From IMG/VR virus record IMGVR_UViG_3300017734_000036: a stretch of DNA of 33,499 nt; one strand, 5' to 3'. Positions within the stretch are counted from its first letter, which is position 1. Every line of letters starts with the position of its first letter. The translations under genes and the position numbers were made by a program. The notes beneath the pieces were generated by a model, which saw nothing but the letters and a program-made list of their open reading frames with translations, ran no database searches and was not told the DNA's origin. The stretch is from a virus. Below, in pieces: positions 14,323 through 24,622 of the stretch.

Positions 14323-17220
14323 ATGCGCATCCCGCTGTACAACAAAGGACTAGGCCCGACAGTAGAGCTTGCCGTAGGTCAATCTGGGCCACGCGCAAGT
14401 CAGGCTACTTTTACGGCAGCAAGTCGTGCGCAAGCGCAGTTTGCAGATCAAGCCGGTCAAATTGCGTTCCAATTTGGGATGGCTGAAAAAAAGCGCGAAA
14501 CAGATCGTGTTGCTAACGAAGAAGCTACGCGCATCCAAGGTGAGGCAGACGACTTTCTGCTAAACAATCAAGACACAGAAACGGCTGTGTTTACCGACAA
14601 CTTTACCAAGTTTCAAAACGATCAACTAAATAAAATCAATGCTTTACCAAATCTAACGACACAGCAAAAAGCTGATGTCGCATCTAGGGCTAGTCGTTTG
14701 ATGGCTGGCAAATTAGCTGCCGGCAAGCAAAATACATTCAACCGTGGACAGGCAAGATCGTCTGACGCAACTAACGATTTTCTTGCTGCCAACATTGCTG
14801 AAATGGGCACCTTGGCTCCTACCGATCCAAGATACCAAGAGCTTCTCACACAAAATGTTGAAGAGATTAACAAGGGTATCGCTAATGGTCTGAAGATTAA
14901 TTACACGCAGACCAGTATGCAGTTGGCTGTGACTTCTCGTAATTACTTCAACAAAATTCAAGCAGCCACTACCACAGGTGATCTGGACGCGATTCAAGAG
15001 GACTTAAAGACAGACAAAACCCTGCCAACAAAAACATTCCAAGCTTTGTTAGGCAATGTTGCAGGGCAAAAGAATGTCATCAAAGCTCAGAATTTAGATG
15101 CTGCCAAGGGGGATCTTGCGGGGATTGCTGAAATCGCAACTCCTCAACAGCTTGATGACATAGCATCTGCATATCTTACAGGCACCGAAATTACTCTAAA
15201 AATCGGTGGTGAGGATGTAACGATTGACCCTACTAATCTTGGAGAAAGTGCCAGACTGTCAATGGCTGGCCTTAGTCTCAAATTTGAGAACGCCGCAATT
15301 GGTGAGTTGACTGATACCTTGGCCGGCAGAATATCAGAGATTGCAGACGACACAACTCGCACATCTTTAGAGCAAGCATCGCGAGACGCAGCAGATGGTA
15401 AAAACTTTGCGATTACACGCACAAACGGCGAAGTAGTAGAGTTTGATATCTCTCAACTGCCAAACGGCAAAAAGGTTGAAATCGCTAGTGTTCTTGGCAC
15501 GGCTGCGGCTCAATTGCAGGATCTTACATCTCGCGGAGTAGTCTCAGGCATGAATGATGTGCTTTCTGCCGACATGACTATGGAAGATGCGTTTAGCACC
15601 TTCCAAGGCTTTTACCGCCCAGAAATACTAGCCAACAAATCGCTAAAGCCAGAGCAAGTTGACTCGCTTGTATATAATTCTGCGAGCATATCTGTTGATG
15701 GTGTGAGTAGAAAACTGACAGAGGGTGACCTGAGCAACGTGCCAGAAATGTTGCGCCGTCTGGATACTGCTGAATCATTGCTGACACAGGATCTAGATGG
15801 TCGTGGCAGTCTGCAAAACAACGTAGACTCAAGCCTTGCATCGAACACAAGCACTACGCTCAACGCCATTTCAAGAGCTAGGTACGAGATTAACAAGAAG
15901 ATCAACGAAACCGCAAAGTTTAGTGTAGGCGTGAAGCAGCTTCAGAGCGGCACCTTCCGTGCAGACATGTTTACGCCTAGTGACGCTAATAAAATGGTTG
16001 CGGCAACTATATCTTTGATTGATCAGGAAGCCGTTGACTCAGGTCAAAACTCAATGAGCATGAAGTTCTCCATGCTTGAGAAAAACAACGTAGTCTACGA
16101 GGTCTATAAAAACCGCTTGGGTCAGGCTAGTTCTTTGGGCCGCAGTGGCGTGCTAGAGGCTGGAACAACAGACTTTGAGACTGTTCAGCGCGGTCTAAAC
16201 TTCTTCAACGCAATGAAGCGATATCCCGCCGTGTTGCAAAACCACACAACAAAGGAAGATCGCACGTTTTTTGAGGCCATCAATGCAAGGCTTGGGTTTG
16301 AAACGTTTGATAGTGCGATTGTAAATGTGTCGAGAGCGGCCTTCAACGGCGTCGATATCTCTGGCGTTACGAACAAAAAGATTGAGCAAGCCGCCGCAGA
16401 TGTCATGGACAGTGCGTCACCTGGCTTTATCGGCTCTCTGTTTGTTGACGGCCCCACAGAGGTGCAAAACGGCCCCGGAATCCAGACTTTGCTGGAGCAA
16501 AGGGTCAAGGACTATGTGAAACTGAACGTCAACGTAGAAAACGCTATTGAGCTTGCCAAAAAAGACATAGCTGAAACACATGTGTTTGTGCGCGGCATCC
16601 TAACACGCAAACAAGCAAACACCCCCGCTAATATTAATCAGCTTGCCAACCTTGCTGTCGAACAGGCTTTGCGGTTCCGTGACAAACAAAAGATTGGTGT
16701 GCCAATTATTTCAGATGATGACTTAGAGGCTGATGATCTGTCTTTGGTGGAGGTGCCAAGCCCAGGTTCTGGGGTTTGGGCGTTGATGTCATTGAGCGGC
16801 GTAAATGTGCCGGCAGTTATGATGACACAAGACGGAGATCAGTTTGCGATTGATGACAAACGCACAGTGACGACAACAGATGTAGTCGGCATGATTACTT
16901 GGACGACCAGAGAGCTTGAAAAGCTGGCAAGCGTTGATCAAGGTCTCGCAGATAAGGCGCGTCTGAATGAGGTCAATCAACAAGTTAAGGACACTGCTGC
17001 GAACATAGCCGTTGGTGTAATTACTGAGCAACAGATGTCCCTTGCAAAGCCATACATGTTTGGTGATGTCGTAACTATCATGCCGTCAGATGTAGCGGCT
17101 GCTGAAGCTGTGATTGCAGAGCAAACAGAAGACTCCAAAGGTGAGCGGATTATTCGTGAGCTTCTTGAAATAACAGGAGAAGCAGCGCCTATGCCGACAA
17201 TCTCAGCACAGGTGCCATAA
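14323..17220 (+). CDS. Internal virion / ejection protein (gp15-like), 965 aa.
   Basis: Large helical protein at the canonical podovirus core-protein position. Confidence 0.5.
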   Translation: MRIPLYNKGLGPTVELAVGQSGPRASQATFTAASRAQAQFADQAGQIAFQFGMAEKKRETDRVANEEATRIQGEADDFLLNNQDTETAVFTDNFTKFQNDQLNKINALPNLTTQQKADVASRASRLMAGKLAAGKQNTFNRGQARSSDATNDFLAANIAEMGTLAPTDPRYQELLTQNVEEINKGIANGLKINYTQTSMQLAVTSRNYFNKIQAATTTGDLDAIQEDLKTDKTLPTKTFQALLGNVAGQKNVIKAQNLDAAKGDLAGIAEIATPQQLDDIASAYLTGTEITLKIGGEDVTIDPTNLGESARLSMAGLSLKFENAAIGELTDTLAGRISEIADDTTRTSLEQASRDAADGKNFAITRTNGEVVEFDISQLPNGKKVEIASVLGTAAAQLQDLTSRGVVSGMNDVLSADMTMEDAFSTFQGFYRPEILANKSLKPEQVDSLVYNSASISVDGVSRKLTEGDLSNVPEMLRRLDTAESLLTQDLDGRGSLQNNVDSSLASNTSTTLNAISRARYEINKKINETAKFSVGVKQLQSGTFRADMFTPSDANKMVAATISLIDQEAVDSGQNSMSMKFSMLEKNNVVYEVYKNRLGQASSLGRSGVLEAGTTDFETVQRGLNFFNAMKRYPAVLQNHTTKEDRTFFEAINARLGFETFDSAIVNVSRAAFNGVDISGVTNKKIEQAAADVMDSASPGFIGSLFVDGPTEVQNGPGIQTLLEQRVKDYVKLNVNVENAIELAKKDIAETHVFVRGILTRKQANTPANINQLANLAVEQALRFRDKQKIGVPIISDDDLEADDLSLVEVPSPGSGVWALMSLSGVNVPAVMMTQDGDQFAIDDKRTVTTTDVVGMITWTTRELEKLASVDQGLADKARLNEVNQQVKDTAANIAVGVITEQQMSLAKPYMFGDVVTIMPSDVAAAEAVIAEQTEDSKGERIIRELLEITGEAAPMPTISAQVP

Positions 17221-20200
17221 TGAGCCTGATTTACAACAATCCTGGAAACATTCGGCCTGGTCAGGATTATGCTGGAGAAACTGGCGAGTTTTACACCGCG
17301 TCTGATGGCTCTAAGTATGTTGTGTTTGATAGCCCAGAAATGGGCTTGAGGGCTTTGTTCATTGATCTGCGGTCAAAGATTACACAGTTCAACGGTGACA
17401 TTGACCAGATCGTCAATAAATACGCTCCACCTACAGACAACAACCCGACTACTAGATATGCTAGTTTTGTCAAAGGCAAGATGGGCAAGGATGTAGTCAC
17501 TGAGGCTGATCTGCCGGATCTTGTGTCGGCGTTTGTCAGCTTTGAGAATAAGAAATCTGTAGCCAGCCAGTATCTCAAGCCTAACCTGTTGCAAACGGCA
17601 CAAAAGCTGTCTGCCGTCAGTATGCCAAAAGAAACTCGTCTTGCTGACGCGATGCAGCAAGTGAGTCTGGAACAACCGGCAGCATCATCTGAGTTTAGTG
17701 TAGAAGAAGCAGCAGCGGCTCAGTTTAGAAGCAGAGATGATCTGCCCACTGGACAAGAGTTTCCTGGTTCACCGCAACCGTCAGAAAACACGCCGAGTGT
17801 AGTGCCGCCAGAACCTGATGCACGTGCAGCGCGTGTGCAACGTCTGACTGACGCGGCTCAAGAAGACGATACAGATCTTGCGATTTTAGAAGAGCGGCAG
17901 CAGCCGGCTGTAGTACAAGACAGCCCTGTGTCTGACATTGCTTTGCAAGCAAGCATGATACAAGAGGCGCAGCAATCTGAGTTGCAGTTTGATGAGTCTG
18001 GCTTAGATCGCAACCTTATAGAAGACAGGCAAAAGCCAGCAGTGGCTGGCAATGTTGTGCAGGATGACTCTGGCATTGTGGTAACCGCGCGTGGGCCAGA
18101 AACAGACGAGCCGAGCCTAGATATACAGCCGCCAGAAGCTGTGCAGCCACAAGTTGCAGAGCCACAGGCAGCGCCGTTGGCACGCGCACCGATACAGCCA
18201 GAAACGGCTGAGACCCGCATTTTGCGACAGCGTGCAGAAAAACAAGCTAGAGAAGATGTGACTTTTGGAGATGCTGCTAAGGCTGCGTTTGCAGAAGAAA
18301 ACATCATGTCTTGGGTGTACAGAAACGCCGAAGAATTTACGCCTGACCCAGACTTTAAGTTAGAGAAAGACGCTTACGACAAGCTGGTCAAAGACATTCC
18401 CGAAGAGTATCGGGACTTTTTGTTTGAGGCCACTAGCCTTGCGCACGCAGAAGCTCTTCGCGAACAAGTAATGATCTCTATGGAGAACGAAGAGATTTTG
18501 CAGCAATACGGCTGGTCGGGTGTTGGGCTGCGTGTTGTAGCAACGATGCTTGATCCAGCAGCTATTGGCGTAACGGTTTTGACAGAAGGTGTGGCGGCAC
18601 CTCTTATCTGGGGCAACAAGGCTACGCGGCTTTCTAGGGCGTTTCGTGGTGCCTTTGGTGGTGCAGTGAGCACAGGTGCCATAGAGGCGTATCTGGTGTC
18701 TCAGAACGCCGTTAAAGACCCATATGACATACTTTATGGCATGGCTGGTGGTTTGGTGCTGGGTGGCGGCATAGGTGCGGCACTTGGCAAAAGTCAGAAA
18801 GAGTTTAACGCTGCGTTATCGGTAGTGGATGCGTCAGCCAGACAGGCACAGGTTGCTGATATTGGTGCTGTGGTGCAGCGTCGTATAGCAGAACAACAGA
18901 CTGCGATCCCAAGGGCTGCTTTCGACACATTCGACACTGGCGTTGGCGCGATGCAAAACCCTATGTCGATCTCGGTGCAGATCCCAGACCTTTCCACGCG
19001 CACAGATGACTTCTTAAATGAAATCGGTGAACCGGCTTTTGCTTCTATGGCAACAATGGCTGGTGGGCGTATCCCGCTGCGATTTGACATCTCAGGTCAG
19101 CTAAAAGCTGATGAACTAAACTCAATGCGTCAGGCAGGACATCTGCTTGCTGAAGATGCTGTTGGCTTCAACCAGCAGGGTGAGCTTATGCAGTCTACGG
19201 CAGACATCCTCAAAACAAACGCGATGAAGGCTGGATATGCAAAATATTACCAAGTGTATCGCCCTGCGTTCAACGAATGGGCAGAGTCAGAGGGTATTGG
19301 TTATCTGAGAAGACAGTTTGGCAGTACCCGCGCACAGTTTGGTGAGCTTGTTGCTGACGCTATCGAAAACCCAGGCTTGCAGCACCACCCACAGGTGGTT
19401 AGGGCAGCAACACGGCAAGCAGAATTGTTCCGTGATGTCTTGCGCAGAGCCAAGGCGGCTGGCGTCAAAGGTTTCGATGATATTCCAGAAGACCTAACGT
19501 ACTTTACCCACCTTTGGAGTCCGTACAAAGTGCGGGTTATGGTCGAAAATGGTGAAGATAAAGTCGTAGATTTGCTCAAAACATCTCTTGTTAGAGGCAC
19601 AGAGGGTTTGGATGAAGACCTAGCTGGCGAAATCGCTACAAGAATGGTCAAGAAGCTGCGTAACGCACAAGCAGGGTTAGACTCTGGGTTGGCTAGGGTG
19701 TTCACTGCTGATCAGAAAGACACCTTGCGCGACATTCTTATTGAAGAAGACATACTTGATGCGGACGCCGCTGACAGGTTGGTGTCGTTGTTTGAAAGGC
19801 CGCGCACAGGGTTGCCGTCACGCGCCAAACAAAGACTGAAAGTAGATATTAACGCTGAAATACCTTTGGATAATGGCAACATCTTGCGCGTCAAAGACCT
19901 TATGGATCGTGACGCTGAACAGGTGTTCAGTTCATATCTCACGCAAATGGAAGGCCGCATCGCGTTGGCGCAAAAGGGCATCAGATCAGAAGCCGACTAC
20001 AACGCACTAGTTAAGGCCATCAAAGACGAGGCTGACACAAGATATGGTGCTGACGCGGGAGACAAAATCAAAGGCAACCTAGAGAACATAGACGTTCTTT
20101 ACAATATGATCCTCGGCAGATCATCGCCGTTAGTTACAGATCCTGGTGCAACGTCAGCACGGTTGGCGCGTCTGTTCCAAGACTACAACTTTATCAGATT

Positions 20201-21413
20201 GATGAACCAGGTTGGTTTTGCACAGGTTGCCGAGCTTGGTAACGCACTGTCGATTGGTGGTGTGCGTGGCTTGATGCAGGTTGTGCCTGAGTTTCGATCT
20301 ATGGTGAAGCGTGCCAAAAGCGGTGAGCTTGAAGATGCAGTGGCTAGAGATCTTGAGGCGTTTGCCGGCATCGGTGCTGATCGTCTAATTCACCAAGCGA
20401 TGAATCGGTACGATGCGCAAGACATGTTTGTCATGGGTCGTGGCGACTTCATCGACAAAGCATCATTTGGCATACAGCCTATCAAGCGTATCGTTGCCGA
20501 TATTTCTGGTATGGCACCAGTAACGCTTGCACTGGAGCGTGCAGCAGGACGGATGGCTGTGCAGACCATAGTCGATGCGTCTTTCAAAGGTGGTTTTAGC
20601 AAGGCTTTGCAGCGCCGCATGACAGGCATGGGCGTTGATGAGGCTATGGCTAAAAAGATCTTTGATCAGATTAAAGAACATGCTGTCACGGTGCCATCGT
20701 CCATGTTCCGCAATCGCAAGGTCAAAGCGATCAACATGGGGCAGTGGACTGATGAGGAAGCTAGGGATGCTTTTATTGTAGCTGTGTCGCGTTGGACAAG
20801 ACGCAGCATCCAGCAAAACGATCTCGGCAACCTCAACAGGTACATGACCACCACTATGGGAAAAATGCTTACGCAGTTCCGTACATTTATGCTGGTGTCA
20901 CATGCCAAACAAACTTTGCATAGCTTGAAGGCTAACGATGTGCGTGGGTATGCGGCCATGATGACATCTGTGTTTTTTGCCGGCGCATCATACATTGGAC
21001 AGACATCACTTAACGCACAGTTCCGTGAAGATAAGCGGGAGTTTTTGGACGAGCGTTTGAGCATGAAAAACATTGGGCTGTCTGCGTTCCAGCGCAGTTC
21101 TTGGGCCGCTTTGCTTCCAGCAATGGTAGACACCGGCGCAGCCTTTTACACAGAAGACCCCATCTTTGCGTATGGCCGGTCATCTGGTTTGGCGACAAAC
21201 TTTCTGACAGGTGTACCAATGATTGACCTGGCCCAAAAGGCACACACTGTTGCGTCTGGTGCCAGTAGGGCAATCATCAACCCAGACTACCAATGGTCAC
21301 AGGGGCAGCAGCGTGCGCTGAACTCAATCATACCGCTGCAAAATGCCATAGGCATCAAGAACGCGATGAACAAACTTGTGGACATACAACCGCGTTATGA
21401 CAACTTGGACTGA
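17220..21413 (+). CDS. Internal virion / ejection protein (gp16-like), 1397 aa, with an N-terminal NPGNIR-motif domain.
   Basis: Size and position match T7 gp16. The N-terminal YNNPGNIRPGQDYAGE...FDSPEMGLRAL domain recurs in virion-associated proteins (from memory). Also has Gln/Pro/acidic linkers and a hydrophobic Gly-rich segment GMAGGLVLGGGIGAALG. Confidence 0.55.
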   Translation: MSLIYNNPGNIRPGQDYAGETGEFYTASDGSKYVVFDSPEMGLRALFIDLRSKITQFNGDIDQIVNKYAPPTDNNPTTRYASFVKGKMGKDVVTEADLPDLVSAFVSFENKKSVASQYLKPNLLQTAQKLSAVSMPKETRLADAMQQVSLEQPAASSEFSVEEAAAAQFRSRDDLPTGQEFPGSPQPSENTPSVVPPEPDARAARVQRLTDAAQEDDTDLAILEERQQPAVVQDSPVSDIALQASMIQEAQQSELQFDESGLDRNLIEDRQKPAVAGNVVQDDSGIVVTARGPETDEPSLDIQPPEAVQPQVAEPQAAPLARAPIQPETAETRILRQRAEKQAREDVTFGDAAKAAFAEENIMSWVYRNAEEFTPDPDFKLEKDAYDKLVKDIPEEYRDFLFEATSLAHAEALREQVMISMENEEILQQYGWSGVGLRVVATMLDPAAIGVTVLTEGVAAPLIWGNKATRLSRAFRGAFGGAVSTGAIEAYLVSQNAVKDPYDILYGMAGGLVLGGGIGAALGKSQKEFNAALSVVDASARQAQVADIGAVVQRRIAEQQTAIPRAAFDTFDTGVGAMQNPMSISVQIPDLSTRTDDFLNEIGEPAFASMATMAGGRIPLRFDISGQLKADELNSMRQAGHLLAEDAVGFNQQGELMQSTADILKTNAMKAGYAKYYQVYRPAFNEWAESEGIGYLRRQFGSTRAQFGELVADAIENPGLQHHPQVVRAATRQAELFRDVLRRAKAAGVKGFDDIPEDLTYFTHLWSPYKVRVMVENGEDKVVDLLKTSLVRGTEGLDEDLAGEIATRMVKKLRNAQAGLDSGLARVFTADQKDTLRDILIEEDILDADAADRLVSLFERPRTGLPSRAKQRLKVDINAEIPLDNGNILRVKDLMDRDAEQVFSSYLTQMEGRIALAQKGIRSEADYNALVKAIKDEADTRYGADAGDKIKGNLENIDVLYNMILGRSSPLVTDPGATSARLARLFQDYNFIRLMNQVGFAQVAELGNALSIGGVRGLMQVVPEFRSMVKRAKSGELEDAVARDLEAFAGIGADRLIHQAMNRYDAQDMFVMGRGDFIDKASFGIQPIKRIVADISGMAPVTLALERAAGRMAVQTIVDASFKGGFSKALQRRMTGMGVDEAMAKKIFDQIKEHAVTVPSSMFRNRKVKAINMGQWTDEEARDAFIVAVSRWTRRSIQQNDLGNLNRYMTTTMGKMLTQFRTFMLVSHAKQTLHSLKANDVRGYAAMMTSVFFAGASYIGQTSLNAQFREDKREFLDERLSMKNIGLSAFQRSSWAALLPAMVDTGAAFYTEDPIFAYGRSSGLATNFLTGVPMIDLAQKAHTVASGASRAIINPDYQWSQGQQRALNSIIPLQNAIGIKNAMNKLVDIQPRYDNLD

Positions 21414-21469
21414 CGCATCTTTCGGGGATCAGTGTTTTCTGATACATTTAGCCGGATTGGAGCAAACAA

Positions 21470-24400
21470 ATGACGGTTAGCAGCACCACTACCAAGAACA
21501 GCTATTCTGGCAATGGTTCTAATGACACCTTTGCTTACGGCTTCAAGATATTCGATGATGACGACATTACGGTTATCATCCGTACAGATGCGACAGGCAC
21601 TGAAACCGTCAAGACTAAGACCACCCACTACACAGTCACAAATGTCGGCAACGCATCTGGTGGCAACGTAGTTTTTACCGGCGGTAACATACCGGCCAGC
21701 GGTGAGACTGTTGTGTTGCGCCGCACATCTGCGCAAACGCAGACTACAGACTATGTAGCTAACGATCCGTTTCCTGCTGCTACCCATGAAGACGCGCTTG
21801 ATAAGCTAACCTTCCTTGCACAAGAACAGCAGGAAGAACTAGACCGCGCCATCAAGATTTCCAGAACAAATACAATGACTTCAACAGAGTTTACTGTTGG
21901 GGCAACTGAACGCGCTAACAAGATCCTTGCCTTTGACAGCAGCGGTGAGATCCAAGTTACACAAGAGATCGGCACCTTCCGTGGCAATTGGGCTGCATCG
22001 ACTGCATATGAGGTGCGTGATCTGGTCAAGGACACCAGTACAAACAACATCTTCATTGTAAACACAGAACACACAAGCTCTGGCGCACAGCCACTTACTA
22101 CTAACGCTAACAGCGCCAAGTACGACCTGATTGTGGATGCTGCGTCAGCGACGACAAGTGCCACAGCGGCGGCGTCATCGGCTACAGCAGCGGCTTCTAG
22201 CGCAACAGCGGCTGCTGCAAGTGAAACTGCTGCGGCAACGTCGGAGACTAACGCGGCGACATCAGCCACAACGGCCACCACCAAAGCCTCTGAAGCGTCT
22301 ACAAGTGCCACATCTGCTGCATCTAGTGCCACAACTGCCACAACAAAGGCGTCAGAAGCATCCACATCGGCTACTAACGCGGCAACCAGCGAAACAAATG
22401 CGGCCACATCGGCTACTGCTGCCGCTGCAAGTGCTACGGCTGCTGCGGCCTCTGAGACGGCTGCTGGCACGAGCGAGACCAATGCTGGCAACTCTGCCAC
22501 CACGGCGACGACAAAGGCGTCTGAGGCGGCTACAAGCGCCACCACGGCTACAACAAAAGCATCTGAGGCATCGACATCCGCGACCAATGCGGCAAGCTCT
22601 GAAACCGCTGCTGCATCGTCAGCTACCGCTGCGGCTGCATCACAGACTTCTGCGGCGGCTAGTGCTGCGTCTGCCGCGTCTGCGTTTGACAACTTCGATG
22701 ACACCTATCTCGGCAGCAAGACCAGCAACCCTACAGTCGATAATGACGGTGATGCCCTGGTTGCCGGCGCGTTGTACTTCAACAGCACAGCCAATGAGAT
22801 GCGAGTTTACGACGGAGCCAACTGGATTGCCGCCACCAGTGCTGGCAATGTCTCGCTCATCCTGTACGAGTACACAGCAACATCAGGGCAGACCACATTT
22901 AGCGGCTCTGACGACAACAGCGCCACGCTGTCCTATACGGCAGACAATCTGCAAGTCGTGATGAACGGTATCGTCCTCGACCCGTCTGACTTCACTGCTA
23001 CAAACGGCACCAGTGTTGTGCTGGCTAGTGGCGCAGCGACTGGCAGCCTTATCAACATCTATGCGTTCAAGAGCTTCACCACGGCTGACATGGTGAGCAA
23101 GACCAACGGCGGCACGTTCTCTGGCAATGTTACTTTTAGCGGGAACCTGACTGCTGATGGCGGCACGATTAAGCTGGACGGCAATTATCCGACAGGTTCA
23201 CAGAACGTCGCAATGGGTGACACTGCGCTTGACGATGGCAGCTTGAGCGGGAACGCGAATACTGCAATCGGCCACGCAGCAATGACTGCTAACACCTCTG
23301 GGTCGGACAATGTTGGAGTCGGCAAAAACGCACTGCTTGCGAATACTACCGGCGATGACAATGTTGCTGTTGGTAAAAACAACATGGATGCTAACTCTAC
23401 CGGCAGCAACAATACTGCTTTAGGCTCGGGTGCGCTGACATCAAATACAACCGCAAGTAACAACACTGCTGCTGGCTATAACGCGCTTGCGGCAACTACC
23501 ACTGGCCATAGCAATGCCGCAATGGGGTACAACGCACTTAGCGCAAACACGGCCAACGCGAGTGCTGCATTTGGCTCATCCGCATTGGCTGCCAATACAA
23601 CTGGTAGTAACTCTGCGTTTGGCTATAACTCCCTGCGCCTTAACACAACAGGCTCTGATAATACGGCTGTTGGGCGAGAGGCTCTTGAAGCCAACACTAC
23701 TGCATCCAACAACACGGCAGTGGGTCATAAGGCACTCACCGCAAACACCACCGGCACAGAAAACACCGCAGTCGGCGCATACGCCGGAGATAGCGTTACG
23801 ACAGCAACAGAAAGCACTTTTCTGGGGTATCAAGCCGGAGAGAAGGCGACAACAGGCACAGCAAATTCATTTCTTGGCCGTATGGCTGGACGTGACACGA
23901 CAACCGGCACCAACAACACATTTGTCGGTCATAATGCGGGTCTTTCTATTAGCACCGGCTCCAAGAATGTGGTTTTAGGCAGTTATGGCGGCAACAGCGG
24001 TGGCCTAGACATACGCACATCTAACAACAACATCGTGCTGTCAGATGGCGATGGTAATCCTAGATTCATTGTTGACGGCAATGGAAAGTCTATGATTGGC
24101 ACCACTAGCGTTGGTTCTGGTGCCTTACTGAGCATTGATGACACATCAAATACTGCAAACGTCTCTAAGTTGGGAATTTTTGGTTTCGGTGCGAGTAGGG
24201 GATATGGAATTGTATGCCAGCCTTCTATAGACACAGCAGCGACACCGGCTAGATTCTTAAATGCAGCCGGGACTGAAGTTGGTAGCATCAGCACAACTGC
24301 AAGTGCCACCAGCTTCAACACCTCGTCAGACTACCGTCTAAAAGAAGCGGTCGTAGATATGACAGGCGCAACTGAACGCCTCAAGCAACTCAACCCTGTC

Positions 24401-24622
24401 CGCTTCAACTTCATTGCAGATGCTGATACTACCATTGACGGTTTCCTCGCACATGAAGTGCAGACCGTTGTGCCGGAAGCTATTAGAGGCACACACAATG
24501 AAGTCGATGACGATGGCAACCCTGTCTATCAGGGCATTGACCAGTCAAAGCTGGTGCCGCTACTCGTCGCAACCATTCAAGAACTTGAGGCACGTATAGC
24601 CACACTTGAAGGAGCAAACTAA
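21470..24622 (+). CDS. Tail fibre, 1050 aa: T7-type N-terminal adaptor domain, Ala/Ser/Thr heptad coiled coil, 17-residue beta-helix repeats, and a C-terminal S74-type intramolecular chaperone domain.
   Basis: The N-terminal Y.GNGS...F.Y.F.I.....I.V motif is typical of podovirus fibres. Heptads span aa 226-405. NTAVG...NTTG repeats span aa 579-840. The C-terminus has SSDYRLKE...LNPV.F......DGFLAHEV..V.PEAI. Confidence 0.85.
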   Translation: MTVSSTTTKNSYSGNGSNDTFAYGFKIFDDDDITVIIRTDATGTETVKTKTTHYTVTNVGNASGGNVVFTGGNIPASGETVVLRRTSAQTQTTDYVANDPFPAATHEDALDKLTFLAQEQQEELDRAIKISRTNTMTSTEFTVGATERANKILAFDSSGEIQVTQEIGTFRGNWAASTAYEVRDLVKDTSTNNIFIVNTEHTSSGAQPLTTNANSAKYDLIVDAASATTSATAAASSATAAASSATAAAASETAAATSETNAATSATTATTKASEASTSATSAASSATTATTKASEASTSATNAATSETNAATSATAAAASATAAAASETAAGTSETNAGNSATTATTKASEAATSATTATTKASEASTSATNAASSETAAASSATAAAASQTSAAASAASAASAFDNFDDTYLGSKTSNPTVDNDGDALVAGALYFNSTANEMRVYDGANWIAATSAGNVSLILYEYTATSGQTTFSGSDDNSATLSYTADNLQVVMNGIVLDPSDFTATNGTSVVLASGAATGSLINIYAFKSFTTADMVSKTNGGTFSGNVTFSGNLTADGGTIKLDGNYPTGSQNVAMGDTALDDGSLSGNANTAIGHAAMTANTSGSDNVGVGKNALLANTTGDDNVAVGKNNMDANSTGSNNTALGSGALTSNTTASNNTAAGYNALAATTTGHSNAAMGYNALSANTANASAAFGSSALAANTTGSNSAFGYNSLRLNTTGSDNTAVGREALEANTTASNNTAVGHKALTANTTGTENTAVGAYAGDSVTTATESTFLGYQAGEKATTGTANSFLGRMAGRDTTTGTNNTFVGHNAGLSISTGSKNVVLGSYGGNSGGLDIRTSNNNIVLSDGDGNPRFIVDGNGKSMIGTTSVGSGALLSIDDTSNTANVSKLGIFGFGASRGYGIVCQPSIDTAATPARFLNAAGTEVGSISTTASATSFNTSSDYRLKEAVVDMTGATERLKQLNPVRFNFIADADTTIDGFLAHEVQTVVPEAIRGTHNEVDDDGNPVYQGIDQSKLVPLLVATIQELEARIATLEGAN
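22145..22684 (+). repeat. About 25 consecutive heptads x-A-x-(S/T)-S-(A/E)-T inside the tail fibre gene. The repeat is at protein level and the codons are scrambled.
   Basis: Read from the translation of aa 226-405. The TATTKASEA(S/A)TSAT units recur four times with different synonymous codons. Confidence 0.85.
23204..23989 (+). repeat. About 15 tandem 17-residue repeats N-T-A-h-G-x-x-A-h-x-x-N-T-T-G-x-x (beta-helix-like) inside the tail fibre gene.
   Basis: Read from the translation of aa 579-840. Confidence 0.75.

Noticed and set aside
21414-21469. Weak hairpin ATCAG-N6-CTGAT at 21429-21444, between the 1397-aa gene and the tail fibre gene.
   Set aside because: The stem is a 5-bp AT-containing stem and no convincing T-tract follows. 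It is probably insignificant.
21751-22704. 317-aa minus-strand ORF (Ala/Val/Asp-rich), and the 276-aa plus-strand ORF at 22131..22961 (Arg/Leu/Pro/Gln-rich).
   Set aside because: Both are shadow frames of the GCN/ACN/TCN-rich heptad region of the tail fibre gene. Their low-complexity products simply mirror the repeat.
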